A DNA stretch of 64,000 nucleotides from positions 20,040 to 84,039 of the forward strand of contig DATIWG010000050.1 in NCBI GenBank assembly GCA_035519555.1, written 5' to 3'. The number at the start of each line of letters is the position of its first letter. Positions within the stretch are counted from its first letter, which is position 1. Positions 1-9,788 of the stretch are shown piece after piece. The position numbers and the translations under genes were made by a program. Below the pieces are notes generated by a model. That model did no database searches, was not told the DNA's origin, and saw only the letters and a list, made by a program, of their open reading frames with translations. This DNA is from Nitrosotalea sp. (GTDB lineage Bacteria > Methylomirabilota > Methylomirabilia > Rokubacteriales > CSP1-6).

Positions 1-903
1 GCCGCCGGCCTGGCACACGGCGGGGGCAAAGCGGGCATCGTCGCCGATCCCGTGCGGGCACCCGCGGACAAGGAGCGCTTGATCCGCTCCCTCGCGCGGG
101 CGATCCGCTCGCTCACCGAGTACATCCCGGGTCCCGACATGGGCACGGACGAGCGCTGCATGGCCTGGATCACGGACGAGATCGGTCGAGCCGTCGGACT
201 GCCGCGCGTGCTCGGCGGGATCCCGCTCGACGAGATCGGCGCCACCGGCTGGGGCGTCGCCGTCGCCGCCGAGGTCGCCGCGCCCGAGGCGGGGCTCTCG
301 CTCGAGGGCGCGCGGGTGGCGATCGAGGGCTTCGGCGCGGTGGGGCAGCACGCGGCGCGATTCCTGGCCGCGCGCGGCTGCCGCCTGGTCGCGGCCTCGG
401 ACACTCGCGGCGCGATCCACGACGCCTCGGGCCTCCCGATCGACGCGTTGATCGCCCACAAGCGGGCGGGCCGGCCGCTCGGCGAGTTCGCGGGCGCCCG
501 GGTGATCGGTCGCGAGACCCTGATCGGCGTCCCGTGCGACATCTGGATTCCGGCCGCGCGGCCGGATACACTCACCGGCGACAACGTCGGCGCGCTGCAG
601 GCCAAGCTCGTCGTGCAGGGCGCCAATATCCCGGCCACCGAAGAGGCGGAGCGCTGGATGCACACCCACCGGATCCTGAGCCTTCCCGACTTCATCGCCA
701 ACGCGGGCGGTGTCATCTGCGCGGCGGTCGAGTATCACGGCGGCACGCAGTCGCAGGCCTTCGCCGCCATCGAGGAGCGCATCCGCGCCAACACTCGCGA
801 GACCCTCGATCGCGCACGCGCGGGGGGACTGCTCCCGCGGGAGGCCGCCACCCGGCTGGCCCGCGCGCGCGTCGAGGAAGCGATGCGCTACCGTCAGGCA
901 TGA
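1..903 (+). CDS. Glutamate (Glu/Leu/Phe/Val) dehydrogenase, 5' end truncated by window edge
   Basis: Frame is open from nt 1 (AAGLAHGGGKAGIV...) and carries a C-terminal NAD-binding dehydrogenase domain; stop TGA at 901-903. Confidence 0.85.
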   Translation, partial: AAGLAHGGGKAGIVADPVRAPADKERLIRSLARAIRSLTEYIPGPDMGTDERCMAWITDEIGRAVGLPRVLGGIPLDEIGATGWGVAVAAEVAAPEAGLSLEGARVAIEGFGAVGQHAARFLAARGCRLVAASDTRGAIHDASGLPIDALIAHKRAGRPLGEFAGARVIGRETLIGVPCDIWIPAARPDTLTGDNVGALQAKLVVQGANIPATEEAERWMHTHRILSLPDFIANAGGVICAAVEYHGGTQSQAFAAIEERIRANTRETLDRARAGGLLPREAATRLARARVEEAMRYRQA

Positions 904-1072
904 CACACCCGGCCAGGCGATCCTGAGCCACCCGTCCCCCGCTCCCGAGCTGGACGCGCTCCCCATCCGCGGCTTCCGCGGCAGCCCCGAGGAGATCGAG
1001 CGTCAGTGGTACGAACAGATCTACCGGGGACGGGGTGACCGCCTGCCACAGCTGACCTGGCGTGCGGTGCTG

Positions 1073-2827
1073 ATGGGCTCGGCCCTAGGCGGGATGCTCT
1101 CGCTCACCAATCTCTACATCGGGCTGAAGGCGGGCTGGGGCTTCGGGGTCGCGATCACCGCGTGCATCCTCTCGTACGTGATCTGGAGCGCGCTGCATCG
1201 CGCCCGCCTCGTACGCGAACCGATGAGCATTCTCGAGAACAACTGCATGCAGTCGACCGCGAGCGCGGCGGGCTACTCGACCGGCGGCACCCTCATCTCC
1301 GCCTTCGCCGCCTACATGCTCCTCAACGATCGCGCGCTGTCCCTGCCCGTCATGCTCGCGTGGATCTTTTTCCTTTCGGTGCTCGGGGTGACGATGGCGA
1401 TCCCCATGAAGCGCCAGATGATCAACGTCGAGCAGCTGCGCTTCCCGAGCGGCATCGCGGCCGCCGAGACCCTGCGGGCGCTCCACGCGGTCGGAGACCG
1501 GGGCCGGCGCTCGGCCCGCGCCCTCGGATGGGCCGGGCTGATCGCGCTGGCCGCGAAGTTCTGGGCCGAGGGGCTCGGCCTGGTGAGCGCCTGGCTCGAT
1601 CCACTCATGATCGGCACCTGGATCGCCGCTGCCAACCAGCGCCTGTTCGGCCCGGCGTGGATCGGACGGACCGTGATGCTCTCCTGGGAGCCGATGTTCA
1701 TCGCCGCGGGCGCCATCACCGGCTGGCACGTGTGCTGGAGCATCCTGCTCGGCAGCGTCAGCGCCTGGATGATCTTCGTCCCCATCCTCCAGCACCGCGG
1801 GGTTTTCGAGGGCTCCGGCTACGGCGTCGTCGTGCAGTGGACGCTCTGGGGCGGCGTGGCATGCATGGTCACCTCGAGCCTGATCTCGTTCGCCATGCAG
1901 TGGCGGACCGCGCGGCGGGCCTTCGTCGATCTCGCGGCCATGTTCACCGGCGGCCGGCGGCCCGCCGACGACCCGATCGCCGCGATCGAGACGCCGGCGT
2001 CCTGGTTCCTGGGGGGCCAGATCGTGGGCTTCGCGGGGCTGGCCTGGCTCGGCCACGTCACCTTCGGGATGCCGTACTGGCAGACGGCGGCCGCGGTGCT
2101 CCTCTCGTTCGTGCTGGCCCTCGTCGCCTGCCGCGTCACCGGCGAGACCGACACCACCCCGGTGGGCGCGATGGGGAAGATCACGCAGCTCGTCTTCGGA
2201 GCGATGAGCCCGGGTAACGTGAACGTCAATCTGATGAGCGCCGCTGTCACCGCGGCGGCGGCCAGCAGCAGCGCCGATCTGCTCACCGATCTCAAGAGCG
2301 GCTATCTCCTCGGGGCGCATCCGCGCCGGCAGTTCATCGCGCAGTTCGCCGGCATCTTCGTCGGGACGCTGGTCAGCGTGCTGGCCTTCCGCCTGCTCGT
2401 GCCCGACGCAGGCGCGCTCGGCTCGGATCAGTTCCCCGCCCCCGCGGCCCAGACCTGGCGCGCGGTGGCCCTCGCGCTCTCCCACGGGATCTTCGCGCTC
2501 GGGCCCGTCAAGATGTGGTCGCTCGTCGCAGGCGCCCTCGTCGGCGTGGTCCTGTCGGTGCTTCCCCTGATCTTCCCGGCGCACCGCCACCTGATCCCGT
2601 CGCCGGCCGGCTTCGGGCTGGCCTGGACCTTCCACTGGTACTACGGGCTGCTCTTCTTCCTCGGCGGGGCGCTCGGCTGGTGGGTCGAGCGACGATACCC
2701 ACGATGGTCCGAGGAGTTCACCTTCCCGGTGGCCTCGGGCTGGATCGCGGGGGAGAGCCTCATGGGCGTGGCGCTCGTGATGTGGCAGAACGGGCCCGGG
2801 CTGCTGCGACGGCTGCTCGGCGCCTGA
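1073..2827 (+). CDS. OPT family oligopeptide transporter
   Basis: Long multi-TM protein with the OPT-type N-terminal motif (LTNLYIGLKAGWGFG). 1073 is the first ATG after the gdh stop. Conserved-looking residues continue in frame upstream (QLTWRAV...) with no ATG/GTG/TTG until GTG at 710, which lies inside gdh. Confidence 0.75.
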   Translation: MGSALGGMLSLTNLYIGLKAGWGFGVAITACILSYVIWSALHRARLVREPMSILENNCMQSTASAAGYSTGGTLISAFAAYMLLNDRALSLPVMLAWIFFLSVLGVTMAIPMKRQMINVEQLRFPSGIAAAETLRALHAVGDRGRRSARALGWAGLIALAAKFWAEGLGLVSAWLDPLMIGTWIAAANQRLFGPAWIGRTVMLSWEPMFIAAGAITGWHVCWSILLGSVSAWMIFVPILQHRGVFEGSGYGVVVQWTLWGGVACMVTSSLISFAMQWRTARRAFVDLAAMFTGGRRPADDPIAAIETPASWFLGGQIVGFAGLAWLGHVTFGMPYWQTAAAVLLSFVLALVACRVTGETDTTPVGAMGKITQLVFGAMSPGNVNVNLMSAAVTAAAASSSADLLTDLKSGYLLGAHPRRQFIAQFAGIFVGTLVSVLAFRLLVPDAGALGSDQFPAPAAQTWRAVALALSHGIFALGPVKMWSLVAGALVGVVLSVLPLIFPAHRHLIPSPAGFGLAWTFHWYYGLLFFLGGALGWWVERRYPRWSEEFTFPVASGWIAGESLMGVALVMWQNGPGLLRRLLGA

Positions 2828-2837
2828 CCGCCCGGCC

Positions 2838-3203
2838 CTAGAATTCGCGGAGCGAGCTCAGGTAGGCGGCCAGCGCCTGGATCTCGGGCTCGGTGGCCTG
2901 GATCTTCGGCATGTGCTCCTTCCAGGCCCGCGGCGGCGTGTCCCGGAGCCACGAGGTCAGATACGCCCGCGAGTACTTGGCACCCACTCGCGTGAGGCTC
3001 GGAGCGCTCTTCGCGCCGACGTCGCCGATGGTGTGGCAGCCGTAGCAGCCCCGGGCCTCGAAGATGCGCCGGCCCTGCTCCACCAGCGCGGGATCGTCCT
3101 GCGCGGAGGCCGTCGAGGTGACGAGGACCAGCGCGCCCATGGTCACGGCCCACAACACGATGCCGAATGATCTCACGAGAAATCCTCCCCTCGCACGCCG
3201 CAT
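2838..3203 (-). CDS. c-type cytochrome (single CxxCH)
   Basis: 121 aa with signal peptide and CYGCH heme-binding motif; its ATG overlaps the permease stop (ATGA). Confidence 0.65.
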   Translation of the reverse strand: MRRARGGFLVRSFGIVLWAVTMGALVLVTSTASAQDDPALVEQGRRIFEARGCYGCHTIGDVGAKSAPSLTRVGAKYSRAYLTSWLRDTPPRAWKEHMPKIQATEPEIQALAAYLSSLREF

Positions 3204-4000
3204 CAGGTCGCGATGCGAGGATACACGCGCGCTCCGATCAACACGAGGGCTGAGAGAGTCAGGATCAAGACCCCCAGGTCCAGGCCGACTCCATGCACGT
3301 TCGACGCGCCCGGTAGCATCAGCGCCCGCAGGGCATCGACCTCGTAGGTCAGTGGATTGCACTGGGCGAAGACGCGCAGCCACGGCGGCATGATCGCCAC
3401 CGGGTAGATCGCGTTGCTCGCGAAGAAGAGCGGCATGGTGAGGATCTGGCCGATCCCCATGAACCGCTCGCGCGTCTTCACGAGGGCCGCGATGATCAGG
3501 GAAAGCGTGGAAAAGCAAGCCGCTCCCAGGAGCAGCACCACCACCACACCGGCCAGCGCGACCGGATGCCAGTTGATCCGAACGCCCACCAGCCACGCGA
3601 GGAGATAGATGATGACGGCCTGGGACAGCCCGCGGATACCCGCCGACACCGCCTTGCCCAGAACCAGCGCGGCCCGTGGGGTCGGGCTCACGAGCAGCTT
3701 GTGCACCACGCCCAGGTCCCGTTCCCAGATGACCGCGATGCCGTAGAAGATCGCGATGAACAGGACGCTCTGGGCGAGGATCCCGGGAGCCATGAAATCC
3801 ATGTAGGGCAGCCCTCCGGTTGGAATCGCGTGAGTCCGGGTGAAGACCCCTCCGAGCACCACGAACCACAGCGCGGGCTGGATCGCGCGGGTCAGCAACT
3901 CGGTCGGATCGTGGCGGAGCTTCCGCGCCTCGAGCTCGGCCACGACCAGCGTCTTCTCCACGAATCCCGCGCATGTCGTGATCGGCGCCATCGGCCGCAT
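3203..4000 (-). CDS. ABC-2 type transporter permease
   Basis: Six-TM ABC-2 permease-like protein directly downstream of an ABC ATPase. Confidence 0.8.
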   Translation of the reverse strand: MRPMAPITTCAGFVEKTLVVAELEARKLRHDPTELLTRAIQPALWFVVLGGVFTRTHAIPTGGLPYMDFMAPGILAQSVLFIAIFYGIAVIWERDLGVVHKLLVSPTPRAALVLGKAVSAGIRGLSQAVIIYLLAWLVGVRINWHPVALAGVVVVLLLGAACFSTLSLIIAALVKTRERFMGIGQILTMPLFFASNAIYPVAIMPPWLRVFAQCNPLTYEVDALRALMLPGASNVHGVGLDLGVLILTLSALVLIGARVYPRIAT

Positions 4001-4010
4001 GTTCGCCGGC

Positions 4011-4802
4011 TCACTCGAGCCGCTGGGCGGTCCGGCGGACTTGGGAAGTCTCGAGGTACGTTCCCGCGGCCTCGGCGCCCGCGTAGCGGATGAAGACGTC
4101 GTCCATGGTCGTCCCGGGCCCGCCGACCGAGGCCTTGAGATCCCGCGGCGTGCCGACGGCGATCATGCGCCCGCGACGCATGATCGCCACCCGGCTGCAC
4201 AGGTGATCGGCCTCGTCCATCAGGTGAGTCGTGAACACGATCGTCGTCCCGTATCGGCTCCGAAGGTCTGCGATCCGCTCCCACACCGCTTCCCGGGCGC
4301 CCGGGTCGAGACCCACGGTCGGCTCGTCCAGGAAGAGAACCGGGGGGCGGTGCAGCATGGACTCCGCGATCTCCAGGCGCCGGATCATGCCTCCGGAGTA
4401 CTCGCGCACGAGCTTATCCCTCACCTCGGCCAGCCCCATGAAGGTCAGCGCCTCCTGGATGCGGTCTCCGCGCTCGACCCGAGGGATGTCGTAGAGCTTG
4501 GCGAAGATGAGCAGGTTCTCGTACCCGGTGAGCGCGCCGTCCGCCGAGACCAGCTGCGGCACGTAGCCGATGACCCGGCGCACCTCGCCCGCGTGGTGGA
4601 CGATGTCGAAGCCCGCCACCCGCGCGTTGCCCGCGCTCGGCCGGAGGAGAGTCGTGAGCATCTTCATCGTCACGGTCTTGCCGGCGCCGTTGGCCCCGAG
4701 CAGCGCGAACACCTCTCCCGCCTCCACCGAGATGGTGAGCGCGTCGACCGCGGTCAGTGCCCCGAACCGCCGCGTGAGCCCCTCGGTCTCGAGGACACTC
4801 AC
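4011..4802 (-). CDS. ABC transporter ATP-binding protein
   Basis: Walker A (GANGAGKT), ABC signature (YSGGM) and Walker B (LFLDEP) motifs; overlaps the ppsA stop by 4 nt. Confidence 0.85.
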   Translation of the reverse strand: MSVLETEGLTRRFGALTAVDALTISVEAGEVFALLGANGAGKTVTMKMLTTLLRPSAGNARVAGFDIVHHAGEVRRVIGYVPQLVSADGALTGYENLLIFAKLYDIPRVERGDRIQEALTFMGLAEVRDKLVREYSGGMIRRLEIAESMLHRPPVLFLDEPTVGLDPGAREAVWERIADLRSRYGTTIVFTTHLMDEADHLCSRVAIMRRGRMIAVGTPRDLKASVGGPGTTMDDVFIRYAGAEAAGTYLETSQVRRTAQRLE

Positions 4803-7201
4803 GACCGCTCGGCCTCGGCCGCCGCGACGGCCTCGAGTCCGCGCACGATCGCGTCCGGGTTCAGCGAGATGCTGGTGATCCCCTTGCCCACGAGGAAGCG
4901 GACCATCTCGGGATAGTCGCTCGGCGCCTGGCCGCAGATCCCGACCTTCCGCCCCGCCCGGCGCGCCGCGTCGATCACCATGCCGATCATGGCGAGGACC
5001 GCCGGATTGCGCTCGTCGAACTCGGGCGCGACCAGCTCCGAGTCCCGGTCCACGCCCAGCACGAGCTGGGTGAGATCATTGGACCCGATCGAGAAGCCGT
5101 CGAAGAGCGTCGCGAACTCGTCGGCCAGGATCGCGTTGGAGGGAATCTCCGCCATCACGTAGACCTCGAGACCGTTGCCGCCACGCGCGAGCCCGTTGGC
5201 CGCGAGCAGGTCGAGGACCCGCCGCCCCTCGACGGGAGTCCGGCAGAACGGGACCATCAGCTTCACATTGGTGAGGCCCATCTCCTCCCGGACCCGGCGC
5301 AGGGCGCGGCACTCGAGCGCGAAGGCCTCACGGTACCGCGGGTGCGCGTACCGGAACGCGCCCCGGAACCCGAGCATGGGGTTGCCCTCCTCCGGCTCGA
5401 AGCCCCGCCCCCCCACGAGCCCCGCGTACTCGTTGGACTTGAAGTCCGAGAGCCGCACGATCACGTCCTTGGGATGGAAGGCGGCCGCGATCATGGCGAC
5501 GCCCTCGGCCAGTCGGTCCACGAAGTACTCCCCGCGGTCGGCATACCCGTCGGTCAGCGCGCCGATCTCGGCCCTCGCCGCGGGATCGGCGACCCGGTCC
5601 GGGTGGAGCAGCGCGAGCGGATGCACGCGCACGAAGCTCGCGATGATGAACTCGATGCGCGCCAGGCCCACGCCGTCGTTGGGCAGCGCGGCGAGCCGGA
5701 ACGCCTCGCCCGGGTTGCCGACGTTCAGCATCACCCGGGTCGCCGTCCTCGGCATCGCGGCCAGGTCCACCTGCCGGCGCTCGACGGGCAACGCCCCGCG
5801 GTACACCGCGCCGGTCTCCCCTTCGGCGCAGGACACGGTCACCACCTGGCGATCGGCGAGTACCTCGGTGCCGTTGCCGGTGCCGACCACGCACGGCACC
5901 CCGAGCTCGCGGCTCACGATGGCGGCGTGGCAGGTCCGGCCCCCGCGGTCGGTCACGATCGCCGCCGCGCGCTTCATGATGGGCTCCCAGTCGGGATCGG
6001 TCATCGACGCCACCAGCACGTCGCCGGCCCGGAAGGCCTCCAGGTCGCGCGGGTCGCGGAGCCGCCGGGTCGGCCCGACGCCGATCCGCTGGCCGATGGC
6101 CGCGCCGCTGAGCAGTCGCTCCCGTGGGCTGCCCGACGGCAGCGAGAAGATCTCCAGACGGGCCTGGTGGGCCGCGCGGTAGACGGTCTCGGGCCGCGCC
6201 TGCAGGATGTAGAGGCGGCCGTCGTCGGCATCCTTCGCCCACTCGATGTCCATGGGCGTCAGGTGTCCGGCCTTGCGCGAGTAGTGCTCCTCGATCGCCA
6301 CCGCGAACCGGGCGAGCTCGAGGGCCTCCCGGTCACTGACGCTGGCCGAGCGCTGGGTCCCATCGGGTACCGCGACGCGCTCGGCCTGACCATCCGGCGT
6401 CATCGCGAGCTTCCAGATCTTGCGGGCGATCTTCCGCTTGAGCAGGGCGTGGTGGCCCGTGCGCAGGGTCGGTTTGAAGATCCAGAACTCGTCCGGATCG
6501 AGCTGGCCCTGAACGACCGCCTCCCCCAGCCCGAAGGCCGCGTTGACGAGGACCACGTCCGCGAACCCGCTGTCGGGGTCCAGGGTGAACATGACGCCGG
6601 AGCTACCCCGGTCCGCCGCGACCATCTTCTGGACCGCGATCGACAGGAACACGCTCAGGTGGTCGAAGCCGTTCTGGATGCGATAGACGATGGCGCGATC
6701 GGTGAAGATGGAGGCGAAGCAGCGCCGGCAGGCGGTCAGCAGCGCCGCCTCGCCCCGCACGCCCAGAAAGCTCTCGTGCTGACCGGCGAAGCTCGCCTGC
6801 GGAAGGTCCTCCGCGGTGGCGCTCGAGCGGACCGCGACCGCGGGCCGATCGGACCCGGACTCACGCGCGAGACTCCGGTAGGCGACGAAGATCTCGTCCT
6901 CGAGGCCGGGTGGGAACTTCGCCGATTCGACGAGCGCGCGAAGCTGCGCGCCGACGGCGGCCAGGGCCGTGACGTCCTCGCCCGTCACGCCCTTCAAGAT
7001 GGCGGCGAGCCGATCGTGGAGCCCATCCTGCGCGAGGAGCGCCCGATAGGCGTCGGCGGTGATGGCGAAGCCGTTGGGAACGCGAACCCCGGCGGCGCTC
7101 AGCTCGCCGTACAGCTCTCCGAGCGAGGCGGTCTTGCCACCGACCCGCGGGACATCGGCGAGCCGGATCTCCCGGAGCCACGCGATGAAGCGCTCACTCA
7201 T
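4799..7201 (-). CDS. ppsA: Phosphoenolpyruvate synthase (pyruvate, water dikinase)
   Basis: 800 aa with N-terminal PEP/pyruvate-binding domain, central mobile His domain (GGRTCHAAIVSRELGVPCVVG) and C-terminal PEP-utilising TIM barrel. Confidence 0.9.
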   Translation of the reverse strand: MSERFIAWLREIRLADVPRVGGKTASLGELYGELSAAGVRVPNGFAITADAYRALLAQDGLHDRLAAILKGVTGEDVTALAAVGAQLRALVESAKFPPGLEDEIFVAYRSLARESGSDRPAVAVRSSATAEDLPQASFAGQHESFLGVRGEAALLTACRRCFASIFTDRAIVYRIQNGFDHLSVFLSIAVQKMVAADRGSSGVMFTLDPDSGFADVVLVNAAFGLGEAVVQGQLDPDEFWIFKPTLRTGHHALLKRKIARKIWKLAMTPDGQAERVAVPDGTQRSASVSDREALELARFAVAIEEHYSRKAGHLTPMDIEWAKDADDGRLYILQARPETVYRAAHQARLEIFSLPSGSPRERLLSGAAIGQRIGVGPTRRLRDPRDLEAFRAGDVLVASMTDPDWEPIMKRAAAIVTDRGGRTCHAAIVSRELGVPCVVGTGNGTEVLADRQVVTVSCAEGETGAVYRGALPVERRQVDLAAMPRTATRVMLNVGNPGEAFRLAALPNDGVGLARIEFIIASFVRVHPLALLHPDRVADPAARAEIGALTDGYADRGEYFVDRLAEGVAMIAAAFHPKDVIVRLSDFKSNEYAGLVGGRGFEPEEGNPMLGFRGAFRYAHPRYREAFALECRALRRVREEMGLTNVKLMVPFCRTPVEGRRVLDLLAANGLARGGNGLEVYVMAEIPSNAILADEFATLFDGFSIGSNDLTQLVLGVDRDSELVAPEFDERNPAVLAMIGMVIDAARRAGRKVGICGQAPSDYPEMVRFLVGKGITSISLNPDAIVRGLEAVAAAEAERS

Positions 7202-8426
7202 ACCGCAGCGCCTCGATCGGCTTGAGGCGGGACGCCTTCCGCGCCGGGTAGTAGCCGAAGAAGATCCCCACGGCGCCCGCGAACAGGAAGGCGGGAACGA
7301 CGGCGGACCACGAGACCAGCACGCTCCACTGGAAGACGTACCCGATCGCGTAGGATCCGATGATCCCGACCCCGATGCCGATGATGCCGCCGGCCAGCGA
7401 GACGAACACCGCCTCGATCAGGAACTGGCTCAGGATGTCCCGGCGCCGCGCGCCCACCGCCCGTCGCAGACCGATCTCCCGGGTCCGCTCCGTCACCGAG
7501 ACCAGCATGATGTTCATGATGCCGATGCCCCCGACCACCAGGGACACCGCGGCCACCGCGGCCAGCAGCAGGCTCAGCACCCGCGAGGCCGCCTCCTGGC
7601 TCGCCAGGAGCTCGGAGAGGTTCCGCGTGGCGAAGTCGTCGTCCTGGCCCGGCTGCAGATGATGGCGCTCCCGCAGCAGCCGACGGATCTCCGCTTCCGC
7701 CTCGCTCATGCGGGCCGGGTCGGTGACCTTGACGAGGATCGACCCCACCGAGCGGGCGTTGGCCTGGCTCACCCCGAGGACCTTCTTCTTCGCGGTGGAG
7801 AGCGGGATCATCAGCGTGTCGTCCTGGTCCTCGCCCCGGGTGCTCTGCCCCTTGCGGGTCAGGACCCCGACGACCGTGAACGGCGCCGCCTTGATGCGCA
7901 CGGTCTGGCCGACCGGGTCGGTGGCCCCGAAGAGATTGTCGGCGACGGTCTGCCCGAGCACGACCACCTTGCCCGCCCCGTCGACGTCGTCCTGGGTCAG
8001 GGAGCGACCCGAGGCCACCTCCCAGTCGCGGGCCTGAAAGTACTCGGGGGTCACGCCCTGCAGCGCGGTCGACCAGTTGCTGTTCCCGAAAACGACCTGC
8101 ACGGCGCCGCGCATCGTGGGCGCCGCGACGTCGATGCCGGGAACGTCGCGCTGGATGGCCCGGGCGTCGTCCTCGGTGACGGTCAGCTGGCTGCCCGAGC
8201 CGAGCCGGACGCCGCCGGAGGTGATCGAGCCCGACAGCACGATGATCAGGTTCGACCCGAGGCTCCGGATCTGCTCGGCCACGCGGGCCTGCGCTCCGGC
8301 GCCGATGGCCATCATGGTCACCACCGCGCCTACCCCGATGATCACCCCGAGGGCGGTCAGCGCCGTCCGGACCCGGTTGGTCTGGAGCGCGGCCGCCGCC
8401 ATCTGCACCGTGGCTCCGACCTTCAC
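7194..8426 (-). CDS. ABC transporter permease, FtsX/MacB-like
   Basis: N-terminal TM helix, large periplasmic domain and C-terminal FtsX four-TM region; overlaps neighbours by 4-8 nt. Confidence 0.85.
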   Translation of the reverse strand: MKVGATVQMAAAALQTNRVRTALTALGVIIGVGAVVTMMAIGAGAQARVAEQIRSLGSNLIIVLSGSITSGGVRLGSGSQLTVTEDDARAIQRDVPGIDVAAPTMRGAVQVVFGNSNWSTALQGVTPEYFQARDWEVASGRSLTQDDVDGAGKVVVLGQTVADNLFGATDPVGQTVRIKAAPFTVVGVLTRKGQSTRGEDQDDTLMIPLSTAKKKVLGVSQANARSVGSILVKVTDPARMSEAEAEIRRLLRERHHLQPGQDDDFATRNLSELLASQEAASRVLSLLLAAVAAVSLVVGGIGIMNIMLVSVTERTREIGLRRAVGARRRDILSQFLIEAVFVSLAGGIIGIGVGIIGSYAIGYVFQWSVLVSWSAVVPAFLFAGAVGIFFGYYPARKASRLKPIEALRYE

Positions 8427-9163
8427 GCCGCTCGAGCCTCCCGGCGGTCCCGGACGGGCTCGTCACCGACCAGCTCTCCGTCACGGAAGCTGAGGATGCG
8501 CTCCGCGTACTGCGCGATGTCGGGCTCGTGCGTCACGAGCACGGTGGTCAGCCCGGTCCGGTGAAGCGCCTGGACGACCGCCATGATCTCGGCGCTCGTG
8601 CGCGTGTCGAGGTTGCCGGTCGGCTCGTCGGCCAGCAGGAGGATCGGATCGTTGACGAGCGCACGCGCGATCGCGACGCGCTGTTGCTGGCCTCCGGAAA
8701 GCTGGGCCGGCCGGTGCTGGGCTCGTTCCGCGAGCCCCACCACGTCGAGCTTGCGCTGCGCCCGCTCCCGGCGCTCGCGGGCGGACATGTCTCGGTAGAG
8801 CAGCGGCATCTCGACGTTGCCCAGGGCGGTGATCCGCGGGAGCAGGTTGAACTGCTGGAACACGAATCCGATGCGCTGGCTGCGAATCGTCGACAGCTCG
8901 TCGTCGTCGAGGCTCGACACGTCACGGCCCTCCAGCAGGTAGCGACCCGCCGTCGGCGTGTCGAGGCAACCGAGGATCGTCATGAAGGTCGACTTGCCCG
9001 AGCCCGACGGCCCCATGACCGCGACCATCTCGCCGGCACGGATCACCACCGAGACCCCTCGGAGCGCGTGAACGACGTGGTCTCCGAGCGAGTACTCCTT
9101 GTCGAGCTCCCGGGTCTCGATCAGCGGGGATTCCAGTCGAGCTCCTCCTCGGATCGGCCACAT
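8423..9163 (-). CDS. ABC transporter ATP-binding protein (MacB/LolD-type)
   Basis: GPSGSGKST Walker [16 protein letters not shown] signature, LLLADEPT Walker B. The N-terminal part of the track ORF is spurious; start taken at ATG 9163, but a downstream non-ATG start near 9125 is possible. Confidence 0.8.
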   Translation of the reverse strand: MWPIRGGARLESPLIETRELDKEYSLGDHVVHALRGVSVVIRAGEMVAVMGPSGSGKSTFMTILGCLDTPTAGRYLLEGRDVSSLDDDELSTIRSQRIGFVFQQFNLLPRITALGNVEMPLLYRDMSARERRERAQRKLDVVGLAERAQHRPAQLSGGQQQRVAIARALVNDPILLLADEPTGNLDTRTSAEIMAVVQALHRTGLTTVLVTHEPDIAQYAERILSFRDGELVGDEPVRDRREARAA

Positions 9164-9336
9164 TGATCGCACCGCGTCGCGGGCCACTCCGTGTCGCCCG
9201 CGTCCGCCTCGCCGGAGGCCGCGTGGATCAGCCCTCCGCACGGGCACTGCTCGGGGTATTCCTCCAGGCACTCGGGGCACTCCGCATCCCCGACGACGTG
9301 CGTCAGCTCGTCACCGATCGCGAACATCCTGGGCAT
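9121..9336 (-). CDS. Small Cys-rich zinc-ribbon protein (hypothetical)
   Basis: 71 aa with CPEC...CPCG...CDQC; AGGAGG Shine-Dalgarno 4 nt before the ATG; its 3' end overlaps the ABC ATPase 5' end in another frame. Confidence 0.45.
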   Translation of the reverse strand: MPRMFAIGDELTHVVGDAECPECLEEYPEQCPCGGLIHAASGEADAGDTEWPATRCDQCGRSEEELDWNPR

Positions 9337-9350
9337 GACTCCTCCTGGGG

Positions 9351-9788
9351 TCACCGGCAGACCAGCACCGGAATCTTGCTGTGGGTGAGGACCTTGTTGG
9401 TCTCGCTGCCCAGCACGAGGGCGCCCATGCCCTTGCGCCCGTGCGAGGCCATGAAGATCAGATCGCAGCCCTTGGTCCGCGCGGTGTCGACGATCACCTG
9501 ATACGGGTGGTCATGGATCTGGTAGAGCGTCTCGCAGGCGACTCCGGCCACCGCGGCCTCGGCCTTCGCCACGCCGAGGGCCTTCTCGGCCAGCGCCTGG
9601 CTGTCCTTCTCGTACTGCGCGGGCGTGTCGGCCATCATCACGGGATCGAGCGCAAAAGTATGGAACGGCAGCCCCACCGTGAGGACCGTCACCTTCGCCC
9701 GCACGGCCTTGGCGAGCGCAACGCCCTGCCGGATCGCGGCCTCCGACAAGGGCGAGCCGTCGGTCGGGATCAAGATGTGCTTATACAT
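9351..9788 (-). CDS. Universal stress protein (UspA family)
   Basis: Typical Usp fold motifs (ILIPTDGS ... GSETNKVLTHSKIPVLVC). Confidence 0.85.
   Translation of the reverse strand: MYKHILIPTDGSPLSEAAIRQGVALAKAVRAKVTVLTVGLPFHTFALDPVMMADTPAQYEKDSQALAEKALGVAKAEAAVAGVACETLYQIHDHPYQVIVDTARTKGCDLIFMASHGRKGMGALVLGSETNKVLTHSKIPVLVCR

Noticed and set aside
1085-2635. Long minus-strand ORF (516 aa) antisense to the OPT transporter, plus many similar alternative-frame ORFs (e.g. 5342..7225 +, 26459..28618 +, 46803..49469 +, 16093..17427 -)
   Set aside because: Translations are Arg/Pro/Gly/Asp-rich low-complexity strings typical of shadow ORFs in 70% GC DNA, and each overlaps a well-supported gene on the other strand or frame.
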